The notes below the pieces were generated by a model. That model saw only the letters and a list, made by a program, of their open reading frames with translations, did no database searches and was not told where the DNA came from. The translations under genes were made by a program, and so were the position numbers. DNA of 64,000 nucleotides from positions 169,527 to 233,526 of the forward strand of contig CAVYAX010000014.1 in the NCBI GenBank assembly GCA_963766525.1, written 5' to 3'. This stretch comes from an uncultured Actinomycetes bacterium. GTDB taxonomy: Bacteria > Actinomycetota > Thermoleophilia > Solirubrobacterales > Solirubrobacteraceae. This document shows, one piece after another, positions 46,046 through 57,214 of this stretch (positions within the stretch are counted from its first letter, which is position 1; every line of letters begins with the position of its first letter).

Positions 46046-47337
46046 TTACGGGGCTGCCCGGATTGCAGACCATCCAAGCCGTAACGTCGCCAGGGTGCAC
46101 AGGATAGCCGCCGCCAGCCAGATCTCCAACGGACGGTCGCTGGGGATCTCCATGGCGAGCGATGCCGATGCGGCCAGCGCGCAGACGACCACCAAGACCA
46201 GCGCGCGCCGGCGATTTCGCAGGATCTTGTTGACGATGATGTGAAAGCCGGTCGCGGCCGCAAATCCCGACACGACAGCGCCACCTGCCAGCAGCAACGA
46301 CACGGCCGCGCCGGGCGTCGGCGCGTCCAGCCCCGAGAGCCAGCCGAGCCACAGCAGGACAGATACCGCCAGTGCCGTCAGGGCGGCGCGTGTCGCCGGG
46401 CCTTCGCGCTCGGACACGATCTCGACGGCCGCACGCACGTCCTCGTGCGGACCGATCCCGTTGGCGGCGTAGAGCGCCGCCCGGTTGACAGCCGTATCCG
46501 GTTCGCCGAGGTCAGCGATGCCGTCGCCGTCCTTGACCGGAAAGCGCCCGAGCTCGGCGCGGGCGATGCGCAGGTCCTCGGGGATGGCGATCTCCATGTG
46601 AAAGCTCGCCGCCCGCCACGCCCCGGGGCAGTCGATGAGAAACCACGTGCGGTCGGGGTAGCGCACGCGCCACAGCAGCTCGCTCGGCGCGTACTTGTCG
46701 AGGCGACGCACCCACGGCGGCTCGAGCGGGAAGTCCTCGCCGTAGCTGTACTTGATGACCCGGCGGTCGGGGCCATTGGGCGGCAGCGCGGCGAACAGCA
46801 CGTAGTCCGTCGCGAGCGTTCTCAGCATGCTCCGGCACCCCTCGTCGGCCAGGACCGCCGCGCGCATGGCATCACCCGCCTCGGCGGCTTCGACGAACGC
46901 GTCCATCGCGTCGACGGACAGGGGCTCGTCCTCGAACACGATCTGCCGCAGATCCGCGGTCAGCGATTGGAGGCTGTCATCTTGCGGTGGGTTTCCGAGG
47001 ACGTCGAGCGCCGTACTCAGCAGCGCGATCAGCGCCAGCTCGCGGTTGTCCGCCCGCCCGAGGATCGGGCGCGCGCCTTGGTCCTCGTCGCGCAGGTCGA
47101 AGTTGCGCAGCGGGCGCTTGGAGAGCACCGAGATCGGGACCGTGAGGCCGTGCCGCGTCGTCAGCCGCCTGCGCTGCTCCGGCGACAGCGTGAAGTCGAT
47201 CGACACCCGCCGGCGCGTCTCCTCCTGAGCGAGCATCTCGACGGTCTCGACGCGGCGGTTGATCCAGCTCTTGGGGTCCGCGATGAGCTCCGCGCACGCG
47301 GCGCCGGCCTCGACGAAGTCTGCGGATCGCTGCGCCA
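46046..47337 (-). CDS. Hypothetical protein with a soluble N-terminal domain (~300 aa) and four C-terminal TM helices. No family was recognised.
   Basis: Good GC3 bias and clear C-terminal hydrophobic helices. The start is uncertain, with a GTG near 47337 proposed. Confidence 0.45.
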
Positions 47338-47408
47338 CTCGCGCAAGTCTGCGGGTCCCGGCGGACGAAGCGACGTCCGCCGCACCGGTCGCTAGCCTCT
47401 CGAACCCC

Positions 47409-49007
47409 GTGCAGTACCCGGTCGAGACCTTCACGCCCGCCGAGCGCGAGCGCCTGCGGCCGCACGTCACCAACATCGACCGGCCGGTGTTCGCGCTGGT
47501 CAACCTGCCCGAGACCGTCAAGGGCGCGCTGTTCGCGCGCTACTCGCGCTACCCGGGGACGCTGCGCCGGCTGTTCCTCGACGAGTTCGCGTCGTCGCTG
47601 CCGGAGAACGCCGCGGCGTACGACAACGCCGAGGGCGCGCGCGCCGCGGACTTCTACGAGCGGATCTTCGTCGGCTACGGCGACGACTCGATCGCCCAGC
47701 TCGGCGGGGCGCACGTCGCGTGCGAATGGGTCTCCAACGTCCTGACGAAGGTGCTGCAGCGCCCGCGCCTGGGCGCCTACCTCGAGCAGTCGACGCGCTA
47801 CATCGCCTACGACCGCCCGATCGAGGGGACCTCGCAGTACCGCTACTACCGCGACGAGGCGCTCGGGGTCGAGTACGAGGCCGCGATGGACGAGATCTTC
47901 GGGATCTACTCCGCCGCGCTGCCACGGGTGTCCGCGTGGGCGGCCGAGCGCTACCCGCCTTCGGAAGGCGAGTCGCCGCAGGCACACGCGCGCGCGATCA
48001 AGGCGAAGTCGCTCGACCTGCTGCGCGGCCTGCTGCCGGCCGCGTCGCTGTCGCACATGGGGATCTTCGCGACGGGCCAGACCTACGAGCAGCTCATCCT
48101 GCACCTCCTCGCGCACCCGCTGCCCGAGGCGCGCCACTACGGGTCGATGATCCTCGAGTCCGTCCAGGCGGTCATGCCGAGCTTCGTCTCGCGCGTCGAG
48201 CGCCCCGATCGCGGCGGCGAGTGGGTGTCCTACCTGCGCCGCCGCGAGCAGGCCGCCGAGCGCTGGGCGGCGCGGCTGGGGCTCGATCGCCGGGCCGGCG
48301 ACGACGGCGCCGGCGGGCCGTCCGTGCGCCTGACCCACCACGACGGCGACGAGGAGCTCATGCTCGCCGCGCTGCTCTTCGAGTCCACGGGCGCCGACGA
48401 GCAGACGACGCGGGCGGCGCTGGCCGATCTCGACCCCGGTGAGCGCGGCGAGCTGCTGGCCGACCTCTGCGGCGGGCGCGCGAACCGCCGCCACCGGCCG
48501 GGGCGCGGCCTCGAGTCGCTGCGCTACCGCTTCGAGATCGTGAGCGACTACGGCGCCTTCCGCGACCTGCAGCGCCACCGGATGCTCACGTGCCAGTGGC
48601 AGACGCTCACGCCCGACCTCGGCGCGGGCGTGCCCGAGGAGGTCGACCTCGCCGGCGCCGGCGACGACTTCCGTCGCGCTCTGGACGTCTCGCAGCGCGC
48701 GTACGAGGGCCTGCTCGACGCCGGGCACGACCGCCGCGCGGCCATGTACGCGCTGTGCCTCGGCTACCGCATGCGCTACGTCCTCGACCTCAACGCGCGC
48801 GAGGCGATGCAGCTCGTCGAGCTGCGCTCGGGGCGCGAGGGACACCCCGCGTACCGCGCGATCGCACACGCGATGCACGAGCGGATCGCGGCGGTGCACC
48901 CCGCCGTAGCGGCGGCGATGACGCACGTCGATCGCGAGACCGAGCCGCGCCTCGAGCGGATCGTCTCCGAGCTGCGCACGCAGGCGAAGCTCGACGCGCT
49001 GGCGTAG
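47409..49007 (+). CDS. thyX: Flavin-dependent thymidylate synthase ThyX-like protein in a long two-domain form.
   Basis: ALFARYSRYPG and ...YGAFRDLQRHRMLTCQWQ... resemble the ThyX signature, though the RHR-x7-S position has Thr. The size (~530 aa) exceeds canonical ThyX and the start codon is uncertain. Confidence 0.55.
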   Translation: MQYPVETFTPAERERLRPHVTNIDRPVFALVNLPETVKGALFARYSRYPGTLRRLFLDEFASSLPENAAAYDNAEGARAADFYERIFVGYGDDSIAQLGGAHVACEWVSNVLTKVLQRPRLGAYLEQSTRYIAYDRPIEGTSQYRYYRDEALGVEYEAAMDEIFGIYSAALPRVSAWAAERYPPSEGESPQAHARAIKAKSLDLLRGLLPAASLSHMGIFATGQTYEQLILHLLAHPLPEARHYGSMILESVQAVMPSFVSRVERPDRGGEWVSYLRRREQAAERWAARLGLDRRAGDDGAGGPSVRLTHHDGDEELMLAALLFESTGADEQTTRAALADLDPGERGELLADLCGGRANRRHRPGRGLESLRYRFEIVSDYGAFRDLQRHRMLTCQWQTLTPDLGAGVPEEVDLAGAGDDFRRALDVSQRAYEGLLDAGHDRRAAMYALCLGYRMRYVLDLNAREAMQLVELRSGREGHPAYRAIAHAMHERIAAVHPAVAAAMTHVDRETEPRLERIVSELRTQAKLDALA

Positions 49008-49068
49008 CGCGTGGCGGCGCGATCGCGCCGCACGGCCGGTGCGCGGCGGCGCTGCTAGGGTCGCCGCC

Positions 49069-49425
49069 ATGGCGACGGACGACGAAGCCCGTGCCGAGCG
49101 CGCGCGCAACATGGGCAGCCTCGTGCTGCGCAGCAACCGCGACGGCGAGACGCACATCATCGAGCTGCTCGGTGAGCTCGACATCGCCGGCGCGCCGAGC
49201 CTCGAGGAGGAGCTGCTCCGTATCGAGGCGAGCGACGCGACGTCGATCGTCTGCGACCTCGGCGGCCTCGAGTTCATCGACTCGACCGGCATCCGCCTGC
49301 TCGTGATGGCCGCCGACCGCTCGGCGGGCGACGGCCGCTTCACGATGCTGCGCGGCCCCCAGCAGGTCCACCGCGTCTTCGAGATCACCGATCTCGTGAC
49401 GCGGCTGCCGTTCGCCGACCTCTGA
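49069..49425 (+). CDS. STAS-domain anti-sigma-factor antagonist (SpoIIAA-like).
   Basis: ...HIIELLGELDIAGAPSLEEELLRI...IVCDLGGLEFIDSTGIRLLV... matches the STAS pattern. Confidence 0.7.
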   Translation: MATDDEARAERARNMGSLVLRSNRDGETHIIELLGELDIAGAPSLEEELLRIEASDATSIVCDLGGLEFIDSTGIRLLVMAADRSAGDGRFTMLRGPQQVHRVFEITDLVTRLPFADL

Positions 49426-49494
49426 TGGAGCTCACCGGCGCGTCGACCCGGCGTCATGCCGCAGGCGCGCACCGTCACGCGCATCCAGCGCCGC

Positions 49495-51265
49495 TCAGCG
49501 GACGATCTTGAACGCCGTCCGCTTCGGCGGCGACGTGTTCGCCACCGGGCCGATTCCGCGTGCGTTGAGCCGGTAGCGGCCGGGCTTGAGCGTGCGGCCG
49601 CCGATCCGGCCGCGCAGCTCGATCTTGTTGGTGCCCTTGCGGCCCGTGACCGTGAACGAGCCCTTGACCGCAAGCCAGCGCTCGCAGCGCGGGCGGCGTG
49701 CGGTTGCGGGTCGACGGCTTGACGCACTTGGAGCTCACCTTGCGACCCGAGGCGGACCGGTCGATGGTGAACCGCACCTTGCCGGGCCTGTCGAGCGCGA
49801 ACGTCACGATCGTGCCGATGGCGACTCGGGCCGCGCGGAACGGGCCGCCGGACGGCGCGGCGCGGAACGTCGTGCGCGAGAGGCGCAGCGCGGTGATGCG
49901 CGGCGGGCTGATGAACGGGGTCGGGGTCGGCGTCGGGGCGGCCATCGGCGTCGGCGTCGGCACCGGCGTGGGCACAGGCGTCGGGACCGGCGTCGGCGTC
50001 ACCGTCGGCGTCGCGACGGGCGTGATCGCTGTCAGCGAGAACGATGCGACGCCGCGCGCTTGGTTGTCGCCGCCGGCGCTCGTGAAGCCGCCGCCCGCGA
50101 AGAGGCTGCGCGGGCTGGTCGCGGGGGCGAGGCGATCGAAGATCGCCAGCGCGTGTCCCTCGCCGACCCAGGGCCCGTTGCCGGCACCGTTCGAGCCCAG
50201 CGGGCGCCACGCGCTGCCGTCGTAGTAGGCGACGTTGTCGGCCGTCGGGTCGCCGGCGGCATCCTGGAAGCTGCCGGTCGCGAAGAGGTTCGAGCCGAAG
50301 CTCGTCAGCGCGTAGATGAAGGTCGAGGCCGGGAACCAGCCGTCGTCATTCGCGGCGTTCGAGCCCACCGCGCTCCACGCCGAGCCGTTCCAGCGCGCGA
50401 CGTTGTCGGCTTGCGCGATGCCGGACACGTTCTTGACGTCCGTGCCGACGTAGACGTCGGTCCCGACAGCGGTGAGGCTGCGGACGAAGCCGTCGATCGC
50501 GCACTGGCAGGCGCCCGCTCCGGAGCCCATCGCGTGCCAGCCGCCGGCGTCGAGGTAGGCGACGTTGTCGGCCTCCGGAATGCCGGCGATCGCGAAGCGC
50601 CCGCCGGCGTACAGCCTCCCGTTGCTGTCCGCGGCCAAGGCCAGGATCGGCCCGAAGCCCGTGGAGTCCGCGAGCGTCGAGGTCGCGTGGCCGTCGTTCA
50701 GGTCGCAGGCGACGAGGTAGTCAGCGGTGGCGATTCCCGCGCCGTTTTGGTACTCGCCGCCGACGTAGAGCGTCGATCCGATGACCTGAAGCGCCTTGAC
50801 GTTGCCTGTGAACGACGCCGGGCCGCCGGCGACGGTGTTGTCGCAGAACGGCGCCCAGGTCTGGCCGTCCCAGACGGCGAGGAAGTCGGCGTCCTGGTTG
50901 CCGCCGGCGTTCGTGAAGCTTCCGCCGGCGTAGGTCTTGCCGTTTGCGTAGGCGATCGCGAAGACGCCGCCGTTGAGCTGGTCGCTGGCCGAGCCGACCG
51001 CGTTCCACGCGCTGCCGTTCCAGCTCGCGATGCGGTCCGCGGCCGCGTTGCCGCCCGCGTCGGTGAACTCGCCGCCGACGAGCAGCAGGCCGGGCGCGTC
51101 GCCGCTGAGCACGTTCACGTTGCCGTTGAGCGAATCGGACCCGGGCGTGCCGGCGTCGCCGAGGTGATCCCAGCCGCCCGGCCCGGCGGTCACGGCCTGC
51201 CCGACGAAGGCACCACCGAGCGCAAGCGCGACGAGCGCGATCGCACCCAGCCATCTCAGCCCCAC
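49495..51265 (-). CDS. Secreted beta-propeller repeat protein (delta-60 / SBBP-like GGxFTxAGG...W(N/D)GSxWSxxG repeats) with a Pro/Thr linker and the shared CTD. It has an apparent frameshift near 49690.
   Basis: A signal peptide and at least 8 repeats, then TPVATPTVTPTPVPTPVPTPVPTPTP. The CTD's last ~60 codons (..RWLAVKGSFTVTGRKGTNKIELRGRIGGRTLKPGRYRLNARGIGPVANTSPPKRTAFKIVR) lie in another frame. Confidence 0.55.
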
Positions 51266-51413
51266 GGCAGCCCGCCCTCTTTCAGCCTGCGTCGATCGCC
51301 GGTCGCTCGAGCGAGCGACCGATCGGTCCGACCACGCTACCGCGAACCGGCCGCGGCGGCGAGCGGTGCGGTCCTTTTCACCGCCGTCCCCGGAGGCCGT
51401 ATGGTGCGACGCG

Positions 51414-53039
51414 ATGAGGCGGCGCGAATGGTGGGCGTGGGGCGCGCTGGTCGCGCTCGCGTTCGCTGCCCGCCTGGCCGACCTCGGAAGCCGCCCGTAC
51501 CAGTTCGACGAGGGCCAGGTCGCCTACGCCGCCTATCAGCTGTCGGCGCACGGCGACTACCACTACATGCCGGTCCTGCACGGGCCGCTGAACTACGAGC
51601 TCACCGCGCTGAGCCACCTCGTGTTCGGCACGGTCGACGTCGCCAATCGGATCCCGGCGGCGATCGCCGGCACGCTCCTCGTCGCGCTGGCGTTCGGCCT
51701 GCGCCGCCAGCTCGGTCGCGAGGCGGCGTTCGCCGGCGGCGTCTTGCTGTGCTTCAGCCCGACGCTCTTGTACTACTCGCGCTTCAGCCGCGAGGAGCTT
51801 GTCATGGCGTGCGTCACGCTCGCGCTCGTCGTGGTCGCGGCGCGGCTCGTCGCGGCGCCGCGCCGCTGGCACGTCGAGGCGCTCGGCGGCCTGCTCGCGC
51901 TGAGCTTCGCGACGAAGGAGGCCACGTTCCTGCACGTGCCGATCGGGATCGTCGCTGGGCTGGCGTGGTGGCGGTGGCGCGGTCCCGCGCGCCTCCCGGG
52001 GCCCGCGCGCCTCCCGGGGCCCGCGCGCCTCCCGGGGCCCGCACGCCTCCCGCTCGGGATCGGCCCGCGCGGGAGGGGTCTGGCGAAAAACGGCGTCTAT
52101 GGCGCCGTTTTTCGCCAGACCCCCCTGCGTTGGTGGCTGTCGGGCGCCGCGGTGTTCGTGCTCGTCTTCGTGATCCTCTTCGGGCAGTTCGGCACGCACC
52201 TCTCGGGCGTCTGGGACGGCGCCTACGAAGGCCTCGCTTACTGGGCGCACGAGCACGGCCTGCACCGCGGCGGCGAGGACTGGTTCGCCTACCTCATCCT
52301 GCTCGTCGCCTACGAGCTGCCGCTGCTGGTGCTCGGCGCGATCGGCGCGGTGTGGTCCGTGCGGCGGCGCCACGCGCTCGGCACGGGCATGACCGTCGCG
52401 GCGGTGCTGACGCTCGCGATCTACTCCTACGCCGGCGAGCGGTTCGCCTGGCTGCTCGTGACGACGCTCATCCCGCTCGCGCTGCTCGCCGGCCTCGGCT
52501 TCGCGGCGCTATGGCGGTCGCGGCGCGCCGTCGCGATCGCGGTCACCGTGCCGTTGCTGGCGGCGCTCGCCTGGAGCGACGTGCAGGCGCAGATCCTGCG
52601 CCCCAACGACCCGCGCGAGCTCATGACGGTCGCGCCCACGGACGCCGTCGTGCCCCGGATCGCGTCCGAGCTGCGCCTGCGCGACGCGCGTGCGCGCGCG
52701 GCCGGACGCCCGCGCCCCACGATCGAAGTCGACCTGAACTACGGCTCGGCGTCGCCGTGGTCGTGGTACCTGCGCGACCTGCTCGGCGGCTACCCCGACA
52801 TGGCCGCGGACACGTACGTCCCGACCGGCGAGGTGCTCATCGTGACCGACACCTCGCGCGAGCTGCTCGGCTCACGCCTGCGCGACTACGAGGGCCGCCC
52901 GTTCGTCCTGCGCGGCCGCCGGCCGTCGATGGGCACGGGCTTCAGCCCTAAGGGCCTCGTCCACTGGTTCTTGTACCGCGAGCCGTGGGCGCCGGTGACC
53001 CCCGAGCGCGAGTGGCTCTACGAGCGACACGCTCCCTGA
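51414..53039 (+). CDS. Large polytopic membrane protein resembling the PMT/ArnT-type (GT39/GT83-like) glycosyltransferase or 'flippase-like' family. It carries an in-frame 18-bp x4 tandem repeat and an embedded 21-bp hairpin.
   Basis: The N-terminus WWAWGALVALAFAARLADLGSRPYQFDEGQVAYAAYQL..HYMPVLHGPLNYEL is typical of this family. The start is at MRRREWW (51414), or at 51366. Confidence 0.55.
   Translation: MRRREWWAWGALVALAFAARLADLGSRPYQFDEGQVAYAAYQLSAHGDYHYMPVLHGPLNYELTALSHLVFGTVDVANRIPAAIAGTLLVALAFGLRRQLGREAAFAGGVLLCFSPTLLYYSRFSREELVMACVTLALVVVAARLVAAPRRWHVEALGGLLALSFATKEATFLHVPIGIVAGLAWWRWRGPARLPGPARLPGPARLPGPARLPLGIGPRGRGLAKNGVYGAVFRQTPLRWWLSGAAVFVLVFVILFGQFGTHLSGVWDGAYEGLAYWAHEHGLHRGGEDWFAYLILLVAYELPLLVLGAIGAVWSVRRRHALGTGMTVAAVLTLAIYSYAGERFAWLLVTTLIPLALLAGLGFAALWRSRRAVAIAVTVPLLAALAWSDVQAQILRPNDPRELMTVAPTDAVVPRIASELRLRDARARAAGRPRPTIEVDLNYGSASPWSWYLRDLLGGYPDMAADTYVPTGEVLIVTDTSRELLGSRLRDYEGRPFVLRGRRPSMGTGFSPKGLVHWFLYREPWAPVTPEREWLYERHAP
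51984..52055 (+). repeat. 18-bp x4 perfect tandem repeat (cccgcgcgcctcccgggg) encoding (GPARLP)4 inside the membrane-protein CDS.
   Basis: Direct reading. Confidence 0.8.
52075..52123. repeat. Perfect 21-bp inverted repeat (ggggtctggcgaaaaacggcg / cgccgtttttcgccagacccc) with a 7-nt loop, forming a hairpin with an A5/T5 core inside a CDS.
   Basis: Direct reading. It is locally AT-rich against a ~70% GC background. Confidence 0.8.
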
Positions 53040-53080
53040 CAACTTGTCATGGCGGATAGCACCCCAGCGTGTAGCGTGCG

Positions 53081-53629
53081 ATGCCAACGATGAGCGACGA
53101 GTTCCCCGCATCCACGCCGAGACGCAAGCTCGAGATCACCCTCGACGATCTCGGCGAGCCGGCGCCGACGGTGCCGCAGCCGCCCCCGGCCGGGCCGTTC
53201 CCGCCGGTGGGCCGCCAGCCGAAGCCGCCCGTCGCTCAGCAGCCGCCGCCGCAGCACCCTCCTGCGCAGCACCCGCCTGCGCAGCACCCGCCGCAGTACC
53301 CGCCGCCGCAGCACCCCCCGGCCCAGTATCCGCCGAGCAACAATCCCAACATGGCGGCCGTCGCGCTCGCGATGAACCACAAGTCCGCCGGCGTGGCGGT
53401 CCTGCTGTCGCTCCTGTGGACCGGCGCCGGCCAGGTCTACTGCGGCAGGGCCGGGCGCGGCGTCGCGTTCTTCTGCGCCGCGGTCTTCGCCTGGTGCACG
53501 CTGTTCTTCGTCATCGGCTTCATCCTGCTGCCGGCCGTCTGGATCTGGGCCGCGGTGGACGCGGCAAGCCTCGCGAACCGCCAGAACGCCATGCTCATGG
53601 CGTCGGTCGCAAGCCAGCCGTTCCGCTGA
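53081..53629 (+). CDS. TM2-domain membrane protein with a Pro/Gln-rich N-terminal region (QHPPAQHPP repeats).
   Basis: The C-terminus NHKSAGVAVLLSLLWTGAGQVYCGRAGRGVAFF...WIWAAVDA is TM2-domain-like (two TM helices). Confidence 0.6.
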   Translation: MPTMSDEFPASTPRRKLEITLDDLGEPAPTVPQPPPAGPFPPVGRQPKPPVAQQPPPQHPPAQHPPAQHPPQYPPPQHPPAQYPPSNNPNMAAVALAMNHKSAGVAVLLSLLWTGAGQVYCGRAGRGVAFFCAAVFAWCTLFFVIGFILLPAVWIWAAVDAASLANRQNAMLMASVASQPFR

Positions 53630-53630
53630 C

Positions 53631-55610
<1,980 letters not shown>

Positions 55611-55611
55611 G

Positions 55612-57156
55612 TCAGGCCTCCTTCGACCGCTCGCGCAACTCGATGCGGCGGATCTTGCCGGTCAGGGTCTTGGGCAGGTCGTCGACGAACTCGACGATCC
55701 GGGGGTACGCGTACGCCGACAGGTGCCCGCGCACGAACTGCGAGATCTCCTTGCCGAGCTCGTCCGACGGCTCGTACCCGGACGCGAGCACGACGAACGC
55801 CTTGACGATGTTGCCGCGCCGCTCGTCGGGCCACGCGACGGCCGCGGCCTCGGCGACCGCGGGATGCTCGAGGCACGTCGACTCGACCTCGAACGGGCCG
55901 ATCCTAAAGCCCGCGGAGATGATCACGTCGTCGGCGCGGCCCTCGTACCAGAAGTAGCCGTCGTCGTCGATCGACGCGGCGTCCTTCGTGTGGAACCAGT
56001 CGCCTCCGAACGTTTCCTTCGCGGCCTCCTCGTTGTTCCAGTAGCCGAGCGGATAGTGCGGGTTCGAGCGGGCGCGCAGGCAGATCTCGCCGCGCTCGCC
56101 GACGGCCACCGGCCGCTCGTCCTCGTCGAGGATCTGCACGTCCCAGCCGGGCAGCGGCTTGCCCATGGAGCCCTCGCGCACCTCCATGAACGGGAAGTTC
56201 CCGCACAGCGGATAGCTCTCGCTCAGCCCGTAGTAGTCGAGCACCGTCACGCCGTACTGCTCGCGAAACCAGCGGATCGCCTCGGGGTTCAGCGGCTCGC
56301 CCGCCGAGCAGACGATGCGGAAGTCCTGCGGGTAGCGCGTGCCGGCGTCGGAGATGCCCATCATCGAGCGGATCGCGGTCGGCGTGCCGAAGACGTTCGT
56401 CGGGCGGTGGCGCGAGAGGAACGCGAGCTGGCCGTGCGGGTCGAAGCCGCCCTTGCGCTGCAGCACGACCTGCACCGCGCCGTAGCGCCACGGCCCGATC
56501 AGCGGCGAGATGCCGGCCGCCCACGCCCACTCGCCCATGCCGTGGAAGCGCTCTTCGTCCTGCACGTCGTGGCAGTAGACGAACTCGTTGTGGCCGAGGA
56601 TGTAGCGGTGGGCGTGCAGGATGCCCTTCGCCAGGCCCGTCGTGCCGGACGTGTAGTAGAGCTGCGCCGGGTCGTCGGCGGCCGTGTCGACGGGCTCGAA
56701 GTCCGTGTCGCCGGAGTCCAGGTCGCCGGGCTCGATGACGATGACGTCGGCCTGGCCCTCGACCCGGGAGCGATTGGCCTCGTTCGTCACGACGACCTTC
56801 GCCTGCGAGTCCGACAAGCGGTGGGTGATCCCCTCGTCGCCGTAGAGCACGGACATCGACAGCAGGATCGCGCCGCTCTTCCACGTCGCGAAGAACGCGG
56901 CGGCGGTCTCGGGCGTCGGCGGCAGGAGCATCGCGACGCGGTCGCCGCGCTGCACGCCGTGCTCGCGCAGCCGCAGCGCGAAGCGGTTGGACATGTCCTG
57001 AAGCTCTCCCCAGTCCAGCTCGCGGACGTTGCCGTCGGGATCCTCGTGGATCATGGCGAGCTTCTCGCGCGGGTGCTTGTCGCAGACGTCCGCGGCGATG
57101 TTGTAGCGCTCGGGCACGTGCCACGAGTGCTGTGCACACGCCTCCTCGTAGGTCAT
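55612..57156 (-). CDS. AMP-dependent synthetase/ligase (acyl- or aryl-CoA ligase, ~514 aa).
   Basis: The AMP-binding motif YTSGTTGLAKGI and C-terminal ...GKIRRIEL. It sits in tandem with acs. Confidence 0.85.
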   Translation of the reverse strand: MTYEEACAQHSWHVPERYNIAADVCDKHPREKLAMIHEDPDGNVRELDWGELQDMSNRFALRLREHGVQRGDRVAMLLPPTPETAAAFFATWKSGAILLSMSVLYGDEGITHRLSDSQAKVVVTNEANRSRVEGQADVIVIEPGDLDSGDTDFEPVDTAADDPAQLYYTSGTTGLAKGILHAHRYILGHNEFVYCHDVQDEERFHGMGEWAWAAGISPLIGPWRYGAVQVVLQRKGGFDPHGQLAFLSRHRPTNVFGTPTAIRSMMGISDAGTRYPQDFRIVCSAGEPLNPEAIRWFREQYGVTVLDYYGLSESYPLCGNFPFMEVREGSMGKPLPGWDVQILDEDERPVAVGERGEICLRARSNPHYPLGYWNNEEAAKETFGGDWFHTKDAASIDDDGYFWYEGRADDVIISAGFRIGPFEVESTCLEHPAVAEAAAVAWPDERRGNIVKAFVVLASGYEPSDELGKEISQFVRGHLSAYAYPRIVEFVDDLPKTLTGKIRRIELRERSKEA

Positions 57157-57214
57157 GACTCAGACCGTACCCGTCCGGCCAAGGCGGAGCGCAAGATCGG
57201 CGCGGGCGACGACG

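Noticed and set aside
51984-52055. Short direct repeats as CRISPR candidates: 18 bp x4 here, 21 bp x3 near 62000-62070, ~49 bp x3 at 44485, and 57 bp x3 at 58663.
   Set aside because: The repeats are strictly tandem with no unique spacers. Three of the four lie in frame within CDSs, and no cas genes are present.
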